Positions 1 to 13,590 of a stretch of DNA of 64,000 nt are shown piece by piece. A program made the position numbers and the translations under genes. Source of the stretch: Balanoglossus misakiensis. Lineage: Eukaryota; Animalia; Hemichordata. The first letter of the stretch is position 1; every line of letters starts with the position of its first letter. The notes below the pieces were generated by a model that had not been told where the DNA came from, did no database searches, and saw only the letters and a list, made by a program, of their open reading frames with translations. The stretch spans positions 13,304,327-13,368,326 of the forward strand of contig CM082582.2 in the NCBI GenBank assembly GCA_040954595.2, read 5' to 3'.

Positions 1-262
1 TGCCACACCCGATCAACCGGCTCCTGTGGTCAAGGGTATTTACAAGGGTCAGTATATCTTAATTTGTAGGTGTAAATGTCTATTGCAGTTATTTATAGTG
101 TGAAATCTACACAATCTACCCATAGTGCATTGTAGCGGAAATGGGCACGGATATTTTTAGAAACCCGGGGAATCCCACCGTCGAAGTAAGTAATTGGCGA
201 CGCCGGTGTATACAGCTCAGTATTACAGCGGCTTTTTCTGCGAAACCATCTTCTATCGCGTC

Positions 263-3200
263 ATGGAGCTCGAGAACGAACTTACGTGTAGCATTTGTCT
301 CGAACTGCTAGATTCCCCGGTTATTCTGCCATGTTCTCACAATTTTTGCAGGGAGTGCGTTATCGGGTTACTGAAACATGGCGAGTTTAAATGCCCTACT
401 TGCCGCCGTCAGTGTGGGCACCGATGTATTGACGATTTTCAGTCCAACAGGGCACTCGCCAACATTGTAGCAGACTACAAGAAACGACAGGTTCTGCTGT
501 GTAGCGAGCACGACAAACGACTGTCTCTCTTCTGTGTTTCCTGTCGGACCGCCGTTTGCCGAATGTGTTTACATGCCAGGAAGGGAGAGCACAGAGGGCA
601 CACGGCCAAACAACTGAAACCTCTCTGTGAGAAAGAAAAGGTACGACCCTGAAACTTGTGATATATTTTCAACAGACGACATTTTTGAGTAAATAGCATC
701 ATAGAAAAAAAAACTAGCTCTTCGTGGCAGAGCTGTAGGCCTATCTTGTTGTTGTTGACACAGTGGCCTAGTGTTTTCCGAGAACCAGGGTCAGTGACCT
801 GGGGTAACGAAAGTGCCAACTTTATAGGTTGTTTTCGCGGCCATCATGATAAGAAAGTTTCATCAGACGAGTGCCACCCCGGGGTGTTACCCTCGCTTTC
901 TCCAAAGGATATTGCCAATTGCAATAATTCAGTTGTTTTCGTTAAATGTAGAAAAAAGAGGAAACGAAACAAGTTCAGTCAAAAGTTCAAGCTTTCTGAA
1001 ATCCGCCTTAGTACGTAATGCGTTGTTGTTCACGTCATGAAAATAAAATGGATCCCCAGTAGGCTGATACCTATTACAGCTCATAACGTGCCATAACTTC
1101 TAATCTTGATTGCAGAAACGATTGACAAGCGAACACGATTCCCTAAAAACTCTGGTTGACGAAGTGAAGTCACGTTTCAATCCTTCTGAACTCATGGAAG
1201 AAGTCGAGGTGAATATTTCATTCACTTATCCATCTTCTTGCAACCGCGCACATGCGCACATATAGAAATCACGATGATGGTCTCAAAAATGGTTCGAATT
1301 TCAAATGTCAAGCGTTTCACCGTTCCAAAACCCGCCATGACTTGTCTGCCTTGAATAGTCACTGGTATAGAAGTACTCCCACAGCTTAAGAAAAAAAATC
1401 ATTTTTCCAGGAGGATTTGTCGAGTATAGAGGAACAGCTGGACCAGACTTGTGAAGAACTGATAAGGATGATCAAGCAGAGGAAAGTTAGCATAAAGAGT
1501 ATGATAAAATTCCAAAGAGACAAAATTCGATGGAAGCTTGATTCGCATAAATCTTCCATAAAACAATCACAAAATTTACTCGACAAGTACCAGAAAGTTA
1601 CATCACTTTTTGACGAAAGTCCGGTCAGGTTTTTACAGGTACGTATGGCATTTGTTTGTATATGTAATTGCCAACATGCATGTGTGTATGTAATTTTGTT
1701 GTTACAAAGTTATTACTTTTTTACTAAAAGAATTTTTGCCGTAAGAGGACGACTTGTCTTTATTTGTGCAATCATTCAATGACATTTTTTATTCTTTTTT
1801 TCCGACAGGAATCTCTTGGGCTTCAGGGGTAAGTTATTCCATAAAATAGAATCCACGTCGCTTTCCTCAGTTAAAAAGACAAATGTAAAGGACAAATCTC
1901 TATGTTTGCGATATGTGTTTTTCGTTTTGAAGTATTAATATTGACGTGTTTATTGAAAAATGACTAATGGCATGTTTTCAACTGTGATAACGACGACGCG
2001 ACTAAACTTATATCCGCACATCTTAGTAAAAAAAAGACTCTTTGTTAATTCGCAGCGCAAAGTTAAAGATATCAGCACTGAAGTCCATTGATCTCAATCA
2101 AAAGCCGCTAAAATCCAAATATCTTCATTCTTGGAAAATAAAGAACGCGCTTGAGGAGATGACGCTTAACACATATCCCGGTAGGTGGCGCTTCATCATA
2201 TTGTCATTGATCGCGTATACGTTTGTACGTGAGTGCAGACATTGTGTGTTCGCTGGCTGTTGTTTCGTTTTGTCGATGAATACATGAGATATTTGTGACG
2301 TCATATCGTTTGCTTATATTGCGAGAATCTTTGGTCCAAAGTGTTAAAAATGTGCTTTCGCAGTGGACGTGATAGGTTAATCATATAATGAAGACAACAA
2401 CCGCAATTTTAGCACTTTATCCCATCTTTGTTATCGTTATTGATATTGTTTGATTGCAGAGCCACCAATTAAGGTTTGTAAGTTTGGCCCTCAGACCCGG
2501 ATGTTTGGAAATCTGACCGAGCAAAATAATTCCAAAGGTTTGTGAATCTTAAAGCTGTATTATATGACATCGGTGTGTAAAAATGTTGCGCGAAAGCCGC
2601 CATCTTTGTAGTCTGATCGCTGTTTTGTCTCCGAGTCTGTACAGATTTTAAAAATGTTTCTTATTTGCAATTTTAGCTACCCCGTTCACATTCAAGAGCG
2701 TCCCGTGGCGCCTCGGAATTTCCATGCCGCGAGTAAACTTTGAGGTACGTACAAATGACTTGACTTTGTTTCAAACTTGTTCACTACATATATTGAGTTT
2801 TGTGCGCGGCGTTTTGACCGCTTGTTACCATTTGCTTTCTTTAAACAGCCGACAGTTTTGAATGGTGCAAAGTTTCTTGACGATGCAAGTGAGATGACGA
2901 GCCGTCGCTCTCAGAGCGTAACAGCGATGAAGCAGTATGAAAATTTCAGTTTTGAGGCAAGGATCTCGGTTTCTATTGGTCGTTGCAATTCCTTAAAGAC
3001 ATGTTATCGTCAATATTGTTTCTACTTGTTCCAGAAGAATTACAACAACGTACAAATTTCATTCGGTCAATGCAGTGGCCAATATGAATAAAGTTTTGAA
3101 TAAGTGGCATATTATTAGATATGAATGTGAAGAATTCATTTCAGCTTTTGAGATTAAAGTTTACTGTTCTTGACTCAACAGGAGATACGCTTAGAAGATT

Positions 3201-3844
3201 ACCTATGTGACTGTCGTGATGTGAAATCACGTGGTGGGTGCACCTGGGGATGCTGTGACAAGAAATTTGTGGTAAAAATATCACTGTTCTTACATTTTAT
3301 AATTGTATTCCACTCGAAATATATCGAAATACTGGTTCATGCTTGGTCGTGCCTTCGATAACACGCTACGAATATGCGTCTACATACGTATGTTCTCGCG
3401 AGATTTGTCCCTTGGGAAAGAAATAACCTACCGACCATCCAAAACATAATTAAATTTGTAATGATGTGATTTGATATCTACAGCCTCCTACTGGTAGTGA
3501 TACTATTTTGCAAGCTGGCGTATCGGTTATGGTGTCAACGCGATTTAATTGCATCACCTCAATGAAAGAGTATGAAGGGATTAGTTTTGAGGTAAGAAAT
3601 ATCGAGAAATATCGTGTTTTTCATTGAAGAGAACGGCCAAAGGAGGACTCGAGCGACATTGCTGTTTGTGCACTTCAAAAGTACCATCCACTCAGGCTTG
3701 GTTCATTTTATCGTCTTTCTTCAGGAACTCAGAATGAAAGATTACCAAAGAGGTCGTGGTCGCTCAAGATTAGACTTTGGCGGGACTTCATTTCTTGAAA
3801 GTACATTTGGAGCTGTGTCTCTTAATGCACCTGTCTTCTCCTGA
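263..3844 (+). CDS. TRIM/RBCC E3 ligase with two C-terminal Nup98-like GLEBS motifs (11 exons, ~471 aa)
   Basis: C3HC4 RING (CSIC..LPCSHNFCREC..CPTC), B-box2 (CSEH..FCVSC..VCRMC..HRGH), coiled coil. Phase-consistent exons: 263-640, 1116-1208, 1411-1638, 1809-1828, 2056-2180, 2460-2537, 2677-2744, 2849-2956 (GC donor), 3182-3271, 3484-3591, 3725-3844; 1416 nt, open frame. Confidence 0.85.
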
Positions 3845-5005
3845 ACCATCAAATGGTCATTTTAAGCAAACATTTGCAACATTAAGTTTACAAAGGAAAA
3901 ATTACTGATCGTGTAGTGTACACGGAATTTAACACTTATCATACCTATCCGAATGTAGTACAATCCGTGCTGAAGAGGAGTCTTAATTAGGCCTACAAGC
4001 TTACAGAAGTAGGTCGTTCATGGAGCTGGCTTCAAACTCCCGCTATCGCTATCAAAATGTGCGAGTTGTACTTATTACTTAAACTTTTAACAAATGTCTT
4101 GGATTTACGTGATAAATATACATAAATTTTAGATTTTTAAAGTATAGTGACTGTGTAATGTACGAAATAAGGCATTGAGAGTCGCTAACAACGTCTCCTG
4201 ATGTATCACTGTATGATTGTGAGGCTTAGCACACCTGGTATAAACACGACCAATCATAAAGCACTCGCTGCTTTTCTCTCAGCCAATTAACTCTGTGCGT
4301 AGAGATTTAGTGGCTGATGGGAGTGGTCACACACAATGCGTAGTACCTTCGTCGGGTGCGTCTACACAGTTCCACGTGTCTCTTCATTCGTGTCATCTCT
4401 CTCATGGTGGGAGCGCCGTGTCGGAGGACGGCGACGTATTCATTGCACCAAAACACGTGAAGTGACGAAGTGAAACAGAAAACACGTGGAGAGGATGACC
4501 AGTTGTTCAGGATTTCTGAGAATTTGCAGGACTGTATTGAAAGAAATGACCATCCCTTCTGCTTTGCTTATGTTGGGAACCAGAAATCTACAAGTGAGTA
4601 TACTGCTCTCTCTAATTTTACTTATGATGGGGCATGATTAGAGTTTAATACATGTAAAACTTTGGGCGACGTCATTCGCGTACTCTGGTAATCGTGCCAA
4701 TAATTCTTCCACTGGTATGCCCTCAACGACAAACAGCTTTTCCCGTGACCTTTTCCGCAATGGTGTGCTGGCTTCATAGTTACTCGGTAACAACTGTTGA
4801 ATAAGAATAAGGAAAATCACGTTTTGTGAGACTGTGTGGCAAATAACAAGATGGGTGACTTGGCTTCACTTGCTGCTCGCTAATCAGCATGCATGATCAG
4901 GGGAGGTAGCCTACCGCGTATGCGCTGACTCATTGTACGGGACTATGTGACGCAATCCCGTGATCCTGTGTAACCACAAACGACCTGCCTGCATTTCATT
5001 CGACA

Positions 5006-7167
5006 ATGGCTGATGATACGACCGTCGCACGCAGTGCACAGCGCACCAAGAGGTATGTAGTTCTGACAAGTGTGTCTTTTACCGTATAATGACTGACATG
5101 ACGAGTTGACAGAAGTCCCCAGCTTTAATATCACCATGACTTTGCCGCGAGTTCGTAGCCCTACCACTTCCCTCGTCTTGTAGCCTTCTGGTATAGGCTA
5201 CGAACTCACAGCAAACCATGACTCAGCATGGTTGTGTGCTATAAACGTGACGCTGAAAATGCTAAGGACAGGGAGATGAACCTAAGAACACTGAGAACAA
5301 TTTTGGTTCTGGTTTTAGATTGATTGATTGATTTGCGTTTTCTTCAGTGGACGACAAACCCTTGGACACTTTAACATAAGGCCTAAGGCCAGTTAGTGTA
5401 CTCAGTACACATAACCAAACCATGAAGGATAGACGATAGAAGGGTTACGGCGTGCACAGGGAAATAGCGGATTAACTACCTTTGATTTGCGTCGATGAAG
5501 CTTGTTACCGCAATTGTTTTTGGTGACTTTTAACGTGCGTTTAATTGTGCTTTCCAGAAATAAGCGATCTCTTAAATGCAAATGGAAATGGGTTCCAACG
5601 TCAGCTGCAACTTTAGAAGCCACAGAAGAACGCATTCTTCGGCGTAAGTTGACGATTATCATGAAATTATTCTTTGAAGTCTTGGCCAAACCTTTCTGTA
5701 TTACCGACGACAAAAGATCGGTGATCTAGTGCGTGTTTTCATCATCCGTTGACATTTCCAGTCACCTGATATGAAATTCCGATTCCTATGTAACTTACTT
5801 GTATCATATTTTTGCAGGTCTTAATATTGACTACGAGGGTCGATTTGTGTCCTTGAAGGGAAGCCAGAGTAAACTGTGGACAGTCATTTTCAATCCTACA
5901 AACTCTAAGAAGACACCATTCGTCTTTGTTCATGGCTTCGGAGCAGGCGTGGCTCTCTGGGCCCACAACATCCAGCCACTGTGTCAACAGAGACCATTCT
6001 ATGCCTTCGATTTGCTCGGCTTCGGTCGCAGTTCGAGGCCGAAATTCGCCAAAGTTGCCACGGCTGTCGAGGAACAATACATCGAGAGTATAGAACGATG
6101 GAGAGCCGAAATGAAACTCGATAAAATGATATTAGTTGGGCACAGCTTTGGTGGCTACCTTGTCTGTTGTTACGCCATGAAATATCCTGATCGGGTGCAA
6201 CATCTTATTCTAGCCGATCCGTGGGGATTTGCAGAGGCCAGGATGCCTATGTTAGCAAGAGCCATTGGATCGGTCATCACTGGGATTGACGGCTCTATTC
6301 TGTCTATCCTCAGAGCTGCAGGACCATTTGGTAAGCGGCCAATTTACTCACATTTGCGCTTGTCGTGGGTGTTTATTAGGGTTTGGGTTAGGATCCCAAA
6401 TGATTTATGCAAAAGCAAGCTAACATTAATTTTGCACTTTTCGAATAAAATTGATCTATATATGTTACTTTCCAGGCCCGGATCTCATGAATAAAAGCCG
6501 CGCCGACATCCGAGAAAAGTTTTCAGACTTTTTCGACGACAATACGATCACTAATTATATCTTCCACTGCAATGTACAAAATCCGAGGTAAAGTTGTTTC
6601 TCGTTATGTGTAGAATTCCACCTGTCTGCAATTTTTGGGATGGGCGTGAATTGTCTTTTCCGCTGTTTTTACTGTTGATATTCAACGGACTTTTCAGAAA
6701 ACTGAATGATTTACTTTATATTTTCCCCTTCCAGCGGTGAGAAGGCCTTCACAACACTATCAGAGTCACTGGGTTACGCCAAGAGACCAATGATCCATCG
6801 AATTCACGAATTGAGCAAAGACTTACCATTAACCTTCATTTACGGCGAAGACACGTACATCATCATCGATGCAACCATGGGCGAGAAAACCCAAGAAATC
6901 AGAAGTGGTTCTCAAGTTGATGTGTTTGTAAGTTATATTATATTTGAATCTAGGCATTTATGCACCTGGTATATATTTTCGATAAATGGACGTGACAACT
7001 GTACATGTGTTCGAGAACACGCTCCCTTGTGCCAAAATGTACCCAACTGTAAACGACTTTATTTTTCATATTTTGAGGTACTCGATGACGCCAGTCACCA
7101 GGTATACGCCGACCAACCAATGGCATTCAACAATTTGATGCTTGGAATATGTCGAGAAATACAATGA
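5006..7167 (+). CDS. ABHD4: ABHD4/ABHD5 (CGI-58)-family alpha/beta hydrolase, Ser nucleophile retained (~346 aa)
   Basis: Exons 5006-5052 (MADD..), 5558-5643 (WVPTS..LEATEERIL), 5818-6330 (VHGFGAG, DLLGFGRSSRP, GHSFGG, LILADPWGF), 6476-6587 (YIFHCNVQNPS), 6735-6927 (GEKAF), 7078-7167 (HQVYAD = HxxxxD motif). Confidence 0.92.
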
Positions 7168-7420
7168 AGCCTTGCCAAACAGAAGAACTGATTATACACA
7201 AAAAACGGTGATATGATATGAGAAATAATGTCAAAATGAATCTAAAAAGATGCTTGATAATGTGTATATATTACCAAGAATGACTTTTAAGCATAGTAGT
7301 ACTTAAGTTATTTACAGTAAATTGAAATGTTCAAATTCTTCATCTTAATTGGACGATTCATTCGTTGGCAGTTACTGGAGTTGAACTTTGTAAATGTCTC
7401 AACGTTGAGTGTTATATAGC

Positions 7421-9485
<2,065 letters not shown>

Positions 9486-11868
9486 CTCCACCCTGGGTCG
9501 GTGACCAGAGAGTCAGACATGTGACTTTTGTTCTCGATGTGGTGTTTTAGTATTAACACTTAAAAGACTGGTTTCAACAAAGTTCCGACCTACTTACTGA
9601 AGCTACTGAATCTTATGGCAAAGCCATATTTTCCTCCTGAGAAATCTTCCCCTCCGCCATCTTTATATTCCACATACAAGGAACCGGACGTGCCAGTAAC
9701 CGACTCCGGGTTCTCTACGTCACACCACTCGACGATCAGCGGCGATGAACTATTTTCTCCTGTGGAATCACCAATACCATTACTCTTCAAATGGATCTCA
9801 AGAATTTTGACAAGCATCTGCAATCCCCTATGGTAAAACCCGGTAGGAGATACACCATTTCGACCTGCCTCGTTAACGTCAGAATTTGTTTTAATACCCG
9901 ACAATTTTTGTCTCGTTTTTGGTGATGTAAAACTAAACCACCCAAGTGACGAGACTGATATGAACCATGAAATGAACACTTGTAATCCATTTTCTCCCTT
10001 TCAAGTTAATTGATGTGAGGACATACCGTCGTAAACTCTGACGTAATCCAAACACTCTCCTCTTCGCGTACGTTTGGTTAGTTTCGAGTACCTGATCGTC
10101 ATGGTTACCCTGTCGTAGTAGTCGTCTGGGGCCCTCAACAGCCAAGCACATGACAGGCTCACGTTGCTACGCTCAGGGAAGTTGGGCGATTTGAGAACGC
10201 TAACGGTGTCGTGATCAGCTCGATATTCCGACGCAGATCCAAAACACTGACCTATAAAAAGAGAAAATCAAACCAAGTAAAAGAAGCTTTAATCTCCGAT
10301 CATCATCAGAGTCAAGCACTGTAGTTATCGGGGGAACAGACAAAGCTTCAAGAACGCCCCCTGAAACGCACGCTCACAGGACTGGCTCCTAAAGCCATAA
10401 TTTACGGCAGATGATAGTGAGTGCGACGGGTATTAAATTTCGTCGGGTGAAAAACAGCTCTGCAGAATCTAGGGGGGAGATAGCGTTGCAAACTGTCCAA
10501 ACGAATCCCTTCTGCAGTTCTTGTTCTGTGAAGGAAATATTCAAATTCGGATCTTTTCCCTTTTGCAGGAAAATGTAGGTTGAGTCATCTGTTCACTGTA
10601 GCTCATTAATATAGGCCTTCAAGCACTATTTTTACACAGTCTAATTGTGGACCCATATAGTGAATATTCTATTTGTGATATAAAAATGTAACATGTAAAG
10701 TATATCTGTATGGTATAGTAGTGAATACCATATTGTTTACCGACAGAAGTTAAACATAGTCTTTCCAAGTGTAAAGCCTGTTTTCAATCTGCAGCTCATG
10801 CGTATACAGAGTACAAGATTCGCCTGTTTCCCTCGGGACACAGCATCTCGACTATTGTTGATGGCAAACTGCAGTCCGACCACAACATGTATTCATCACA
10901 TGTTCTGTTGACACATTCTTAGGAAAAATACGTCAACCGTGCGTAAACATGTTCAGAGTGTCTCATTCCTCTTAGCTATCTGTGTAATAAGTGTCTAGAA
11001 TAATTCTTGGCTGTAAAGACACTAAGTCAACAAGTGGGCAAAATACCTTGGGAAAACGAAACTCTGCTCTATCAGAATTAATCATCAAATAGCTACAAAA
11101 GAGAATGGATGACGGCGAACGAGGCGAGACAGATGTACAGGCGTCCACCGTAAAATTAATCAATTAAATACGAACCAGTTTGTGTCTCTGCTGGGAAATT
11201 AGTCATTCGACGAGACTTGTAAAGTGGGCTCACAATGAAGGTATCTGACAATCATACGATGTTTAAATACGACAATTTCGAAGCGTGCATATGACGCTAT
11301 GCGTCGTAATTACCGTGTCAGGGCACTACTGAACCCATGAAATTGCCTGCAGTATATGCAGTGACTGTATCGGTCAGCAATGACGTCATCGACAACAGAG
11401 AAGAAATGCTTTCGTTCGGGTCAGTCGTGAAGGTCACTTTCGCAAATGGAATTTCCATCTTGATGGGTTTGATATCTATGTCAATCGAACCTTGTCAGAT
11501 CTTATTACTTTATGTTTGTACAAGCAAATCCATCAAAAGGCAATCCGCGATGACAAATGTAAGATATCCCACTGTTCTGTGAATTTCTTGCCGGTTCATA
11601 GTGATTTAAATTTGTTGTAGGGTAGTGGCTCTATGACGCATGCTTGCATGCATGTGGACACCATGTGCATACACAAACTCAGTTCCTGGCAGATTTACCG
11701 CCAGGAAGCTTGAATGACGCAAATGCTAAAAACACGATTCAATCAAATTTGATTTTCTGGAAGCCTTCTTTGAGAACTGATCCCGTGCGTCTTTAACCGA
11801 GAGAAAAGAGCAACAAGGCTCCCCAGGCAACATAATATCATCTTTTTTCCCCCCAAAACGGAGACAAT

Positions 11869-12269
11869 CCGCCCGGTTGATTGGATAACCTGGCATATGT
11901 TAATTTGAATTTTAGAAAATCTTTCTGATTGGTTGAAAAAGTGAACAGATGTTCGCCGATTTCCATTCGGGCCACGCTCGGTTCATTTGATTCGGGAACG
12001 TGAAGCAAGAAACACTGTTGCGGGGGTCACTCTGTGAGCAAAACTCTCATTGACACGTTGACTGGGAAACTAATTAGCTAATCGTGTCTCCGTCAAGGAA
12101 TATTTCAAAGTACTACAGATGGAGTCGCGTCCCTCTGTCGGTCATGAAACTGTTGAACATAACCGGAAAACACAAATTGCGAAAATGGACAGGTCAGGAG
12201 GGCCGCTACCACCATGGTTGGATTGGAGAAACACTTTCTCTGGAAATGAAGCTGTTCGCACGTGCACAG
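11869..12269 (+). promoter_or_regulatory. Putative promoter (GC box, two reverse CCAAT boxes) and first exon ending at donor 12270
   Basis: ccgccc 11869-11874, attgg 11880 and 11928; cag|gtaagc at 12269/12270. Confidence 0.3.
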
Positions 12270-13529
12270 GTAAGCATATAGCGTGTTGCGTTGGAAATGT
12301 TATTTTCAGCTCCATATTATCGGTTGAATACAGCAGCAGTGTCTTGGCTCGAAAATAATTCATGATATGTTTGTAAATCAGCGTCCCACCCAGCCCCGGC
12401 ATAGTTGAACTATCAGCAAAACGTCTACTTGGTTTAGCACGGTCGTTCTCGGGGAATTAAAAACTTTCACGCTTCGTTTAGATCACAAATCAGATAAACT
12501 GTTCAATAATTGACTCATTTGTGCGATATCAGTTGTCCATGTTAAACAACGACTCACGGCGTCAGGTAGATTCGCCTGCAAATCGTGTTGTGAGAGGTTG
12601 CGTATGCTCTGTGCATATTAAATCCCATGAAAACGGGGAGATGTAGACATTTTATGCAGTAAAGCGTTCTGCACAGTCCCATGTGGAACACAGATACACA
12701 CTCAGCCGTTTGTTTAGATCTTGATGAATCTAGTCAGACCGATTCTGTAAATTTGTTTGGAACATCCCCAACAGACGGGGCCGTGTCAGATAAATTATGG
12801 ACGCAAAGCTCGTAAAGCGCCGTTTTATTAACGCGTTCACTCCGCGTGATGTTATCAATGCCATAGAGATTTCCATCAGAAAATTTCGTTTGCTTGCCTA
12901 AGTGGAATGCCCAGGTGTTCTGTATGCTAACCTGCAGTACACTATTTCATGGGCGTAACCTTTAAAACAAGATTGGCCACGTGTTGTTTGTCCTGGGTCA
13001 CGAGAATGTCCTCGTATTATAGATTCACTACCCTCGCGAAATCTCGCAGGGTCTCGCGGAGTTCGGAAAGTGGTCTCTTGCCATTGGCTGTTGTAATATA
13101 AAGCGAGATGCTGCTGTATAATTCATCATCCCTTTTCTGAGATAAACAAGAAACTGCAGATGATAAACAGAACAGAAATAGCGAAAGTTATAGCCATTCT
13201 CCCTTCCCAAATATTAAAAATCGTCTTGCTAGCGTAAATGATCACCCTAGCGGAGAAGATTACAATTCAAAAGAGATTGCTGACTTTGTAATTTATCTGT
13301 TAATCGCCTCGCCAACCTTAGGTCAACCGGAGACAGGGCTGTTGCTAAGGTAGAATGGCGTCGGTGAGCGTTGCTATGACATTATTCATCCCCGCTACGT
13401 TGCAATTGAAGCATACTGACGCAAATGCATAACAGAATGCAATGAAAATGCAACAAAATGCAGTCAGTTTTCATGTATGGCCTAATATACAATCCGTATC
13501 AGCGGGCCATGCCCACCAAATGTTAAGCC

Positions 13530-13530
<1 letters not shown>

Positions 13531-13566
<36 letters not shown>

Positions 13567-13590
13567 AATAATAACGATAGCAATAATAAT
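13531..13590. repeat. (AAC)n(AAT)n microsatellite
   Basis: About 11 AAC units followed by degenerate AAT units. Confidence 0.9.

Noticed and set aside
194-262. N-terminal extension of the TRIM ORF
   Set aside because: Starts at TTG; ATG 263 directly precedes the RING, as typical for TRIMs.
4495-4593. ATG plus gtgagt donor as ABHD4 first coding exon
   Set aside because: Phase incompatible with exon 5558; exon 5006-5052 fits in phase and sequence.
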